DNA from: Batkoa obscura
Taxonomy: Eukaryota
Direction of reading: 5' to 3'
Length of the DNA: 64,000 nucleotides
NCBI GenBank assembly: GCA_030770535.1
Contig: JASVEC010000018.1
Location: 992,001-1,056,000 of the forward strand
Both the position numbers and the translations under genes were made by a program. Below, piece by piece: positions 37,168 to 49,058 of this stretch (position 1 is its first letter; every line of letters begins with the position of its first letter). The notes below the pieces were generated by a model. It worked only from the letters and a program-made list of their open reading frames with translations. It was not told the DNA's origin and did not search any database.

Positions 37168-37920
37168 ATTTAATATGTTATTTATATACCCAAATTATTA
37201 TATTTATTATTTAAATTAAGTCTTATAATAAAATCTACTTTTCTGATTGTTAATTTCTTACAGTTACAGGATTTCCAAAATGATTAAGTCAAAGCCAAGT
37301 ACATTTTAAGTTCAAGTATGAATCAAGTAAAGGTTTATATAAAATTATATTCAGACCTCAGGTTATAAATTGTAAATCATTACAGTGATCTCTATTTCTG
37401 AATGAATGTCCAGTCAATGAGCATTTAAACTCAAAATGTACGGTTTTTGACATGATCATTTTGAAAAATGGTTTAGCTTTAAACAAGTAAAAAAGGTATT
37501 CTTATATTATTTATACTCAACTCCAAAAATTTCAAGAATGTAAAAAACAAAGCCTCAACATCGTTAAATAGTTTTTTATTATTTATTTAGATACGTTTTA
37601 AGTATAAACTTTACTCAAACCTATTATATTTTTAGGCTTAAGGATTGAATAATTAGTTAAAGGAAAAGATTCCCATTTTTTCATTTCAATAATCTCCATG
37701 CTAAAACTTGGCTAAGTAAAGTTCAAAAACTAACCAATTATAGTCAAAATCCCTTTTACCCATATTCTTATTTTGAAGTAAGCTTAGAATTTTAATAGAT
37801 CCATTATTTTTAAGTGTAAGATCGAATTTATATTTAATAATAGTAAAAATAAGACTTAATTTTAAATTAGTCCTTAAAAGTAGAAAACAGTTGTACTTTT
37901 AATAAAAATTAGTTATCATT

Positions 37921-40325
37921 ATGACTAGTCGACATTTAGTTCCAGGTTCCTCTAAAGACCCATTGTCTATTGAGGAATATGAGCGCATTTTTAATATAAA
38001 AAGTTCGAGATTGTTGAAGCATTTAGGAAGTACACGAGAGCTTGTTAATAGATTAAGTGAGCTTAATAGATCTGATTGGACTTTTCGTTATCCGGGCTCC
38101 TCTAATACCCATAGATTAGCGGGTTCATCTATTCGTAGTCAATCGCTCGATTCATTAAACTTGCAGCAGCAAGGTTCCTCTAATATTCCTGAAAGACCTC
38201 AATCTGTTCAATCCAATTTCAACATAGCTTCTCCTTCTTTTGGTGAAGAAGTTTCCGAAGAGCCAACTTCAAGTAATTCAACTAAAAATCTTGATATTCT
38301 TCGTTTAGATGTAAAGTTTGGCCATCATTCAAATGTAAGAGTGGTAGATAGTCTTGAGCATAACTCTATTTCTAATCTGTTTGAAGATAGACTTGCTCAT
38401 TGCTTGAGATATCTCGAGAAAATGATGGCTAGAATAAGTGATAAAAATTCAAAAGTTTTGGTAACTGGTGACTTAAATTCTGGAAAGTCAACTTTTGTAA
38501 ATGCTCTTCTTAAAAGAAGAGTTATGCCATCTGATCAGCAGCCATGTACCATGCTTTTTTGTGAAGTCTTGGCCGTTGAGTTAAATAACGGAGTAGAAGA
38601 AGCACATGCTATCCCAAATGCTGGTTTATACAACGTTAAAGACGGCTCAACTTACGATAGAATTCCTTTACATGAATTATTTAGAGTTGTATCTGAAGAT
38701 TTCCGTGGATATGAATTAGTCAAAGTTTATTGCCACGATAAGGAATCTACCGAAACCATGCTTAATAATGGTACACTTGATATCACATTAATTGATTCAC
38801 CAGGCCTTAATAGAGATTCATTAAAGACAACTCAACTTTTTGCTCGCCAAGAGGAAATTGACGTAGTTGTCTTTTGTGTACATGCTGAAAATCAATTTAC
38901 TTTATCTGGACAAGAATTTTTACAATCAGCTGGTAAAGAAAAAGCTTATATTTTTATAGTTGTAAATCGATTTGATACTATCAGAGATAAACAAAAATGT
39001 CGTAGACTTATTTTAGATCAAATTCGTCAATTGTCACCTCGCACTTATGAAGATGCTCAAGATTTAGTCCATTTTGTTGCAGCTGATCATTGCTTCCCTT
39101 ATGATGGTGATTTTGCATATCCTCCTAATGAAATTCCTCATGATTTTCAGAGACTTGAAAGTTGTTTACGTTCATTTATTTTAGAAAAACGTGCTAGATC
39201 TAAATTAGCTCCAGCAAAGCGCTTTGCATTGAATGTTTTGGATGACATTTCTACTTTATCTGAATTTAATTTAGAAGAAGCTAATAAACAAGCTGATGAA
39301 ATAGAGAGTAGCCTCAGTGTAATTTTACCACAATATGAGCAAACGGTAAAGGATAAAGAAGTTTCAACAAAAGAAGCTACCAAACTTTTACAACAAGCGG
39401 TAGAGTATTCTCGTACTGAAATGGAACGTGTTTTAGATCTTCAAATCACGAACCTTGGTGAATATATTACTCGCCCTTCTTGGCCAGGATTTATTGGAGT
39501 TATGTCTTATGTTGATGATTTAAAGTATTGTGCAGGGACATCTATTTCTCGATTAATGCTTGACACTGAACATCGTTTAGTTGAGGCATCTACATCAACT
39601 TACCGCTCAATTTTAGGTTTGGATCGTGAAGTTTGTGGATCTAGTAGTAAGATGCTAGTTCCCCCATGCCCTATAACTTCGCACAAGAAAAATGTTATTG
39701 AAAGTATGCTTTCAAATGTTCAATTCACTTGGTTTGAGCTCTTAGACATCCCAGCTAAAATCAGAAATATGTCAATATTATTTTCCGGAGTTACTTTTGT
39801 AGGAACCCAATTGTTAGGCGTAAGAGAATATATCGCAATGTCTTATCAGTTAATAGTCGACCCTTCATCTTCCATTAATAGTTGGATCATTATTGGACTT
39901 TCAGCAACAGGTAAGCTTTAATTTATATTATCAAAACAAAGACTAACTATTTTTTAGGATTAGGTGTAGCTTACCTTGCATTAAATGATCTTCATAAACA
40001 ATGTAATGAAAAGGTTATTAAAAAAATCCAAAGTGAGTTTAGAGCACATCGCTTTGCAGTTAAAGCATCTGAAAGGTCTGCAAATAACACTTCAAAATAC
40101 CTTCAAGGAGCCTCGGGGCAGCTTTATGCTTCCTTTACCTCTAGAATTCGAGAGCAAGAGGATACAAAATTAGCTCATCTCAAATTAAAACATAGCGTCG
40201 GTTTAGCTCAAGCTGGATTTTCTTCCCTTGTACATGATGCACAAAAACTTTCGGGAAAAATCCATAAGATCTCTACTGAGGATGTTGCTATTCTTTCGCC
40301 TAATGTTCCTCAAGCATCATTATAA
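37921..40325 (+). CDS. FZO1: Mitofusin, dynamin-like transmembrane GTPase; intron 39911-39957
   Basis: KVLVTGDLNSGKSTFVNALL, LIDSPGLN, FARQEEIDVVVF, VVNRFD, KLAPAK; two hydrophobic segments; exon 2 open to TAA at 40323-40325. Confidence 0.93.
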
Positions 40326-40770
40326 TCTAAAAAATTTTAAAGTGTTATTTTTTAGCATTCAAAATTTATACTATTCTATTCCATCTTGATTTTAAAAAAA
40401 AATTATATTATTCAATCAAAAAAATTAATATTTTATTAAAGATATTTTTAGCTGTTTATAATGATCATTTGATGTAAAATTTGATGTTTTTAATAATAGT
40501 TCTAAATGATCAGAGCAAAGATCTATTTACTATAAAGTATTAGTTAAAATTATTATGTGGTGATTTTTTATTATATCTAAAGCTAAATTTTATTTATAAT
40601 ATAAATTGTTTGATCAGTGTATTCCAAATAAGTTAAATGACCATACATATTCATAGAGCTATCCCTTAAGATTATTAACGATAACCTTATTTAAGCCCCT
40701 ATTTTTCTAGTAAAAGGTAACTCAACTCATCTATTTTAAAAGTTATTATTTGGCAAACTAAATGATTCAG

Positions 40771-40864
40771 GAGGGATGTTTTTATTTCATCATCTTTCCA
40801 TTTTTTGAATACTATTGAGTGGAAAAAATGTTGGCAAATTTCTTAAATAAGAAAAGACATCCTC
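40771..40864. mobile_element. Degenerate MITE
   Basis: Family core TTGAGTGGAAAA and ACATCCTC end. Confidence 0.65.
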
Positions 40865-41230
40865 AAGTATGGGTTAGCCTGAGCTTAAGGAATATAATAT
40901 AATTTATTATATTATTTACAACAATATGAGCACTCAAATAAACAAATGGTCTTTTGCATAAACTGAACAACCCAATTATATTTCCTTCTTTCTTGAGATC
41001 ATAATCTTACTCAAATGATTTTGTGATTAATTGTTTCAAACCTAATTCTATGCACTAGGCTTTTTTAATTAACCAAAATTTAAAATATTATTAGACGAAT
41101 AAAAGTAAATGATTGGACAATAAAGTTGCACTTAGCTATTTAAGCGCAATAATTGAACTTTTGAGTAAACCCATTTTCCACATCAAAAGGTTTAGTTAAG
41201 CTGCAACATCTAAATTTTTCATTCTCAACC

Positions 41231-42094
41231 ATGTCAAGTGAAGCAGTAGAAGTGCAAAAAATGCTCGAAAAGCTAGAAGAAGCAGTTGCCAATGCACCTC
41301 AATTAGAAGCACAAAATAATGGAGACAATGATTCTTTTGAGATTAATGAGTATGGAAAAAATAGCCGCAAGAGTGTAAGATACAGTGCTGAACAGAACCT
41401 TGAGATATTGCGTCAAGTTAAAGAAAATAATCCTTTTGCAACTAAATATGGTGATAAGCATCAAAGTTGGAATAAAATTGCTGAAACCGTTGCTCAAACT
41501 TTAAATATAACTTTATCTGGTAAGCAATGTCGTGAACAAACTCATAGGATTTGCAACAGATTTAGAGATTCACAGAAAGGACATGATTTGCTGACTAATC
41601 AGTATGAGTTTATCGATCCAGCTGATCAACTTTATCTTGATGTCATTGATATGATAGGTAAAGACAAAAAGGGAAGCCCTTCAAAACGACAGCCACGCAA
41701 GGTACATAAAATAGAATCTACCGGCGATACTTTTAAAGAGGATAGTTATAGCTTAAAGCGACTTTTGCCTAAAGGTGATGAGCGTATGAATATGCAGCAA
41801 GGAGGTAATTCTGGATCGAACCACGCTGAAGATTATTTAAATTTAATTAATCAAGCTTCTAAAGATCAAAAGCGTTCTAAGCCTGCCCTTGAAGGTGTTG
41901 ATCAACAATTGGTGCTTATTTCTCAGACTGAACAACTTCGTCTTCAAGAACTTAAACAACAAACTGAATTAATGAGAGAGATGTTGACTTTTAAAGCTTC
42001 TATTGATCAACGACTAACAGCACTTGAATCTAAAGTAGACCAATTTGGGTCTCTTCTCAATGCGTATGCGCAAATGAAAACAGAAAGAAAATGA
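41231..42094 (+). CDS. Myb/SANT-like DNA-binding domain protein with a C-terminal coiled coil
   Basis: 287-aa intronless ORF; RYSAEQNLEILRQV..NPF...WNKIAE...SGKQCRE helical pattern; heptad-like tail. Confidence 0.7.
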   Translation: MSSEAVEVQKMLEKLEEAVANAPQLEAQNNGDNDSFEINEYGKNSRKSVRYSAEQNLEILRQVKENNPFATKYGDKHQSWNKIAETVAQTLNITLSGKQCREQTHRICNRFRDSQKGHDLLTNQYEFIDPADQLYLDVIDMIGKDKKGSPSKRQPRKVHKIESTGDTFKEDSYSLKRLLPKGDERMNMQQGGNSGSNHAEDYLNLINQASKDQKRSKPALEGVDQQLVLISQTEQLRLQELKQQTELMREMLTFKASIDQRLTALESKVDQFGSLLNAYAQMKTERK

Positions 42095-42539
42095 TTCATA
42101 ATATATTAATTTAAGGAAGTAGAATCAAACAGTATATTGTTATTTTAACCTACTTGTCTCAATTAAATCATTTTAACTTAGCTAATTATCGCTTCTAGCT
42201 ATAAAATAAAATAAATTACTTACAGTTTAAATTTAATTAATAATTGGATTATTTTTATTTGGTTATTTATTGTATTTATTTTGTACTATTAAATGGACTA
42301 TTAATTATTATCAACATATCAACATAAAAAAATAGAAGTAACAAACAAATTTATAAAAAATAAGTCTAATTTTGCTTTTAACATTTAATATAAAACCAAA
42401 ATCTCTATAAGAAGCTACGTATTTCTACACTATATGAATTTACAATTAGCAGAATAACTAGATGACTCAAAATCATAACCAGAAATACTCATTACAATCA
42501 AAAATATATTCTTTTTGTTGGAATTTAGCTTTTAAATTT

Positions 42540-45067
42540 TTATATATCAAGGCCATATCCTGAACGTTGTTTGATATTCTTTTTACCTTTCTTGTGTTGT
42601 TTTTTAACAGCTCTAGGTGTTGCTTTCTTGACATTCATACCAGGATTTGTACTACCATCATCTGCTGTCATTTGCTGATGAGGGTATAATTGTACGCGAG
42701 TGAATCCAGAAGAAGCAAATTTGCCTTTAATACTAGGGAGAGTAGATGCCTCTTTTTTGAAAAAACGAGAATCTAATCCATCAACTTTACTAAATTTTAA
42801 ATGAGAAGCTGGTATCGTGCCTTCTGGTATAATATGCTAGAGAGAATATTAGTTGAGTCAATTTATATTGATAAAAATACTAACTATTTTCTTTTTTGGA
42901 AGATTGGCTTCATTATAAATTTCTCTATTAAATTCTGATGGGTTTTTATAATCTGGTGGTGGGTGATTGTAAAGTAATTTCCCTAAAATTATTAATATTT
43001 AAAAATTACGTTGTAAAATAAATTTACCTTCACAGAATCTTTTAATATATAACGAGCCGCACGTGCTTCATCTGGATTACCTTCACTTGATTTAGTATAA
43101 CCTCTAGAGACTAAAATAAAATGAATAAAGATTTCTTTGAATGTATGAATAAAACTACCAGCATAAGCTTTAAGGAATTCTTCTGAAGTAGGTGTTCCGG
43201 AACCACCTTCCTCTATTGGTTGCGTCTTTATTACTATACCGTAGATAGCTTCAAGGACGCGTTGTGGAACACGTTGAACAATTAAGGTAATTGGACCAGT
43301 ATGTTCACGTAAATGATCAATTGGTAATACACCATTGCATACCATATCTGCTTGTGTGGTGGCAAAAGATGGGAACACTAAACCAGGGCAATCACATAAA
43401 ATAATTTCATCGTCTAAATGTAATGTCTGATGATGTTATTGGAAACGGTTTAAGTAAGAAAAACTAAAAATTACTTGGAAATGCTTGGTTTTTCCAGGAG
43501 TAGCGGCAACTGCAACACATTTTTCTCCCATCAAAGCATTAATTGTTGATGATTTACCAACATTTGGATATCCCACTAAACCGATTGTCAATTTATTAGC
43601 ATGTTGGTTTTTAGAATGGAATTGGCCAGGATCTTTTAAACATTAATCATTATTTTAGCATTGATTTATTAAACTACCTGGTTTAACTCCCTTCTTTGAA
43701 AAGAGTTCAATTAACTCAGCACAACTTAAAATCTTAAGTCTAGGGTCATCTTCAACATCTTTATTATCATTAAGTTTATAATAATTTGCTGGGCGTTTAG
43801 AGGAATGGTCAAGTGTCTAAAAAATGGTTATTAAGATAAACTAATGAATTAGTTTAAAAAATACTTGTTCTGTGATTTCGTCTTCAATATCAATTTCATC
43901 CACCTTTTGGATAATTTCATCTACTTCATTCCCTTTGTCTTCTTCTTTTATACTCTTGCTTATCTCTCCCTCTTCTCCCTCTTCTCCCTCTTCTCCCTCT
44001 TCTCCTCCCTCTTCTTCCTCTTTGGTTTTTTCTACACTTAATGATTTAAGCTCTTCTTCCTGTCTTAAACGCTCAAGTTCTTTTTCCTGCTCAGCAGTTG
44101 AAATAGCTGCGGAGAAAAATACAAAATCAATGTTTTGACTTTGAAAGTAATCAGCCCAAGCTTTTCTAGTTGATTTTTAGTATGATTAAATAATATAATA
44201 ATGTATATACCTTTGTGAATAAGTAAGAAGATCGGCTTTGTTAATAAGTAAAAGATTCTTTTTAGAGGGATCAACTTCTTTGACATAGGTTTCTAAATCT
44301 GTAGAGCGAAAGAAAATTGGATTTCTAGCATCAACAATTTGAACTATAAGTTGGGATCTTTCAATAACACGCCAAAGTTGGCGCCAAACTTCTAAATTAC
44401 GCTCATAAGGCGTTAAGAGTAAACCATTTTCTTCTTGTAAACTATATTATTTTAATGAAAGTCACTATTTTAGTATAAATAAATTACAGTGCCAAACTTC
44501 TACGCCAATCCAAGAATGAACTTTGCTCATTTCTATTGATTTGTTGAGCAGTCATATCCTTTTCCCAATAAGGTCTAGAATAAACGTTTAAAATAAAAAT
44601 AGAAATAAAACAAGAATAATCTATTTACCTTCTTGGAATAGTGAGTTTATCGCGATTATCCTCTTGCTTTTTTAACGTCTCTATTTGCTCTTCTTCCGTT
44701 AATAAGAATGGATTTTTATAACTATCGGATACAACTTGGATGTTAAGACGTTCTTAAAAATATTTAGAAAGGAACACTGCATTAAAATATAAATATACCA
44801 GCCGTAAAGTCTGTACCAGCTAGCTCGGCTGTATGTAAAAACTCCTCTAAATCGCCTTCTTGAGTAATAGATTGGAGCTTGGTCCAGCTCGGCCCATCAT
44901 CCATCTCAGTAGTATGCTAGATAAAATTAAAATTAAAGTATAGCAGATAGTAAAATAAATACCACAAGAGCAGTGTCATTATCTCTTGGCCTTGTGTTGT
45001 TCTTGAAACGGCTACGAATGATAGCTTTTCCTAAACCTACGTTTTTTTTTGATGTTGGTAATACCAT
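42540..45067 (-). CDS. LSG1: Large-subunit GTPase 1 (60S export), many short introns
   Basis: GLGKAII start, TPYERNLEVWRQLWRVIERS, IVDARNP, GLVGYPNVGKSSTINAL, TPGKTKHFQT, LCDCPGLVFP, PDEARAARYILKD. Confidence 0.95.
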
Positions 45068-45119
45068 CTTTTATTTTATTAAAAGTTGAAAGTTAATTCA
45101 AAGGAAAATGGAAATTTAG

Positions 45120-45153
45120 ATGAAAATTCGAAAATTTTTCGAAAGCTGAGATT
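45120..45153 (-). promoter_or_regulatory. RRPE-like element (GAAAAATTTT) with an adjacent PAC-like GCTGAG upstream of LSG1
   Basis: Lies 55-85 bp upstream of a ribosome-biogenesis gene; within the palindrome TTCGAAAA-T-TTTTCGAA. The AT-rich background weakens the call. Confidence 0.4.
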
Positions 45154-45988
45154 TTAGCGCAAAAATTGCTTACTAATATTAACAAAAGATATTAATATAT
45201 TAATAGTAATATAAAGGAATTCGAAGATCAAGTATTAAAGTTACTCCAAGATTTTATATTTTATATTTTATATTAATCGAAAGTTTTATATTTAATGCTA
45301 TTTCATATAAAAAGATTGGGCTTTTACTTATTACAATTTATTGAAAAATTAGCGATATTATTTGGCATTTTACATGAAATATTGACCACTCTTTAGGGGG
45401 AAAATTTAAATGAAATTTAAGATAGTTAAACCTTTTTATAAAGTGGGTTATTCATATTAACTCAGTTTGAGCCCAATAAAAATGAAAACTGTAGTATCAG
45501 TATATTCATAGAAATGTACTGTTTTTAGCCTTTATTTATACGATTTATTTTTCAACATAATTTAATTCAAACAAATCTTTTTCGCTAATTGTTTAGTTTT
45601 TCATAGTTTTATTTCACACATTCTATAAAATATTATAGTATCTTAAAGTATCTTTAGATAGTTGTAATAATACAGTTACATTGTTGAAACTAGCTTTGAA
45701 ATTAGTGATTTCAATATATCTTCAATAAAATGGATTTTATATGCATTCAATTATTATAATTTAAAATGCTAGCTTTGGCAAATATATTTTTTAAAAGACA
45801 TGTTTAGATTAACCACGTGATATTTCCCGAGAAGAACCCATTAAATTAAAAAAACGAAATCAATTCGTTGTATTTAGAAAATTTCATTATTTAATTAAAT
45901 TATGAGTCATTTATCTAAACTTCAGTTCAAAAAGATAAAATATAAATACTTTATAAAAATTAACAAGTTGAGTTTCAATACAACCAAG

Positions 45989-47628
45989 ATGACTCTAAAC
46001 AATAACAATCAAAAAGCTGTCCAAAATTTAGTAGCAGAGAGAGTTTCAAACTTACAAGATGACGGTAATTCAAAAATAACAATAGCTGGATTTTTTATTA
46101 AAGCCCAATTTAGTTTGGACCATCTTTAGTAAAGTTTCCAACAAGTACCAAACTATCAATCTTGGCCAAGGTTTTATGAGGTACTTGAAACCATATGTTT
46201 ATAGCTATCTCATTTTTTTATGTAATTTGAACTTATTTTGTAAATAGTTTCCCTGCTCCAGATTTCGTTAAGGAAGCATTATGTACTGCAGTCAAAAAGG
46301 ATCTGAACCAATACGCGCCTATCCGTGGGACCCCACGTTTAAGAAATGTATTCATTCGCCTTTTTATTTGGAGTTTTTATTTATTTTTAGGCTTTGGCAA
46401 AAAGTTATTCTCCAATATTAAACAGAGAATTAAATCCAGAAACTGAAATAATTGCTACTACTGGGGCTAATGAAGGTATGTATATTGAACAGTATATAGT
46501 AACCAAACATTTATTTTTAATAGGTATATATAGTGTATTAGCTGCTTTCATTAACCAAGGTATTTTATTTTTCTAATATTTGGATTTGAGTTAACCAAAA
46601 ACAGGTGACGAAGCTATCTTTATTGAGCCATATTTTGACCAATATTTAGTAAAATAGTTTACAAATAATATACTGTTATCATTAATTTTAAATAGCCAAA
46701 TTTAAAAATGAATGGGGGAGTCCCAATTTATTGTCCATTACGTTTAGAAAAAAATGTTGATTTTAACTCAAAGATCCCTGCGTCATCATGGAAGTTGGAC
46801 TTGAAAGAATTGGAATCAAAGATCACCCCAAAAACTAAGATGATTATAGTAAATACACCTTATAACCCGGTCGGAAAAGTATTTACCGAGCAAGAACTCC
46901 TTCAAATAGGTGATCTAGCCGAGAGACATAACCTACTTATATTAAGTGATGAAGTTGTAAGTATTTATGATAGAATATTTCGATATTTTAATACCTTTTA
47001 GTACGATAGATTATATTACTCCCCATCAAAGCATGTTCCTATTGCATCCCTTAAAAATTTTTGGGAGCGTACAATCACAGTTGGGAGTGCTGGTAAAACA
47101 TTTGGTGTTACGGGGTGGAGATTAGGATGGTTGATCGGACCAGATCATCTCATAAAATATGCATTGGCTGCTCATGCAAGAATCTGCTTTTGTACTTCTA
47201 CTCCTATCCAAGAAGCTATTGCTGATTCATTTGAACAAGCAGAAACCAACAACTTTTTCAATAAGCAAATTGAAGAATATGACGAACGTCGCGAATATCT
47301 CATGAAAGCCTTAGATAAGCTTAAATTATCTTATGTCATTCCGGAAGGCTCCTACTTTATTTTGATCAATACTGATAAAATAAGCATACCTACAGAGTCT
47401 TGGGAAGATGCACCCGAAGAGATCAAAGCACGTGGTAACAATTATCAAATGTGTTATTGGTTATGTAAAAATATTGGAATTACTGCTATCCCATGTTCTG
47501 AATTTTACTCCGAAGATAATGCCCCAATAGCAGCAAATCTTATACGCTTTGCTTTTTGTAAATCACTAGATGTTTTAGAGCAAGCCGTTGAAAGATTACA
47601 AAAATTGAAACTTTACATCAAAGAATAA
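45989..47628 (+). CDS. Class I PLP aminotransferase, kynurenine/glutamine transaminase (Bna3/KYAT-like), multi-exon; in-frame upstream ATG at 45902
   Basis: DVWTIF, INLGQGFM, TTGANEG, EPYFDQY, NTPYNPVGKVF, SDEVY, SAGKTFGVTGWRLGW, IRFAFCK. Confidence 0.92.
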
Positions 47629-48115
47629 ATCTTCAATAATTTACTTATGTTTATTATCATATTGTAAAATTGCTAAATTTTATTTATTTTGGTAGCTAAA
47701 CTAAACTATATTACATAGTGTTTGGCATTTTTGATAAATCTCTTTAAGCGCTTATTTAATATAACATAAAATATAGTTTTCAAGTATAAAATCATTCAAT
47801 ACATTAAGTAATATATTAATTACAATATTTTGGTTATTAAATTTTCTATTTTAAGTAATAACTATTTTAATAAATTGAACCCCACTAAGTTGATTTTTTT
47901 AAATTAAAGAACTTTCCATTGACAAATTAAAGTAGACTATTCCATTTAATGCTCAAATATTATTAGGTTATAATTTCACCGTCACATATCCTTCTAATTA
48001 AAAACTGTTTAAGATTACGGAAAAAAAAATTGCACTTACTAAAGTTATGAATATAGTGTAGTAATTAATTTCATGAAACTATTAATTTTTTTTAAACATT
48101 TTTTGTAACTTAACC

Positions 48116-48925
48116 ATGAAATTAAGCTTATTGATTTTTATTAATACTCTTTGTATAAGTAAAATAGCAGGTGAAACTCACCAAGGTATAATAAACAATG
48201 AAGAGAGGATAGAGGGTAGAACTGATGACGCAGGATATAGTTGGGTTCGTGTTAAAGCAAAATCATTATCAGACAAGCTTCCAACATTCTTTAAACATAA
48301 TCCTAATAATGGGAAAGAGATTTCAAATGAAACTTCATCTCTGGTCAGTAATACAAATAACAATTCTTCTAGTATACCCAATTTAAATTCTACAAATACA
48401 GTTGCTGAAGGTACTGAAAGTAAAAGCAATTTTGAAATTAATAAAAGTTTAATAGAAGATAAAGATGATAAAAGATCAGATGAAAAGGGGATAAAAAATG
48501 AGAAGATGAATAATCAAACGAGTAGTGATGATAGTAGTGAATTTGCACCAAGTAGAATATTTAGTAGCTACTACAATGATAAAGTAAAAGGTAAACGTCC
48601 CTATTCCTCCTTTCTTGATGATAAGGATATGATCAAATTTAAGGAGAATTTGGATAAAATATTAGACAGAATTTCAGAGTTAGAACCTGGGCTTTATAAG
48701 GAATATCAAGAAAGTTTAAATTCAATTTCAAAAAAATCCATTTACTATCGTAGTATAAATATTTGGAAAGCAATAGGAGATTACAATAGACCTAATCCCT
48801 TCCCAACGTTATCCATATCCCTTTTTCTCCATGGATGGCTTACAATATGCTTCCCGTTGTTCTTCTCAATAGCTTCTTTAACTGTCTTTAAAACTTTTTA
48901 TTCTCTTTACTTTACTGCTAAATAA
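48116..48925 (+). CDS. Hypothetical secreted/membrane-anchored protein (269 aa)
   Basis: Signal peptide, Ser/Asn-rich middle, long hydrophobic C-terminus; no family recognised. Confidence 0.7.
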   Translation: MKLSLLIFINTLCISKIAGETHQGIINNEERIEGRTDDAGYSWVRVKAKSLSDKLPTFFKHNPNNGKEISNETSSLVSNTNNNSSSIPNLNSTNTVAEGTESKSNFEINKSLIEDKDDKRSDEKGIKNEKMNNQTSSDDSSEFAPSRIFSSYYNDKVKGKRPYSSFLDDKDMIKFKENLDKILDRISELEPGLYKEYQESLNSISKKSIYYRSINIWKAIGDYNRPNPFPTLSISLFLHGWLTICFPLFFSIASLTVFKTFYSLYFTAK

Positions 48926-49058
48926 TCACTTTATTAACTAACAAATATAAATAAAATTTATCAAAATATCCATTAACATCAAAGTTTTATATAATTTAAA
49001 ATTTATACTTTTGATGTTTATTAGTATTAAAAATAAATTAGTGTTAACTTTTTATGGA

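Noticed and set aside
43357..43366. Exact PACE motif GGTGGCAAA
   Set aside because: Inside the LSG1 coding sequence and far from PRE1.
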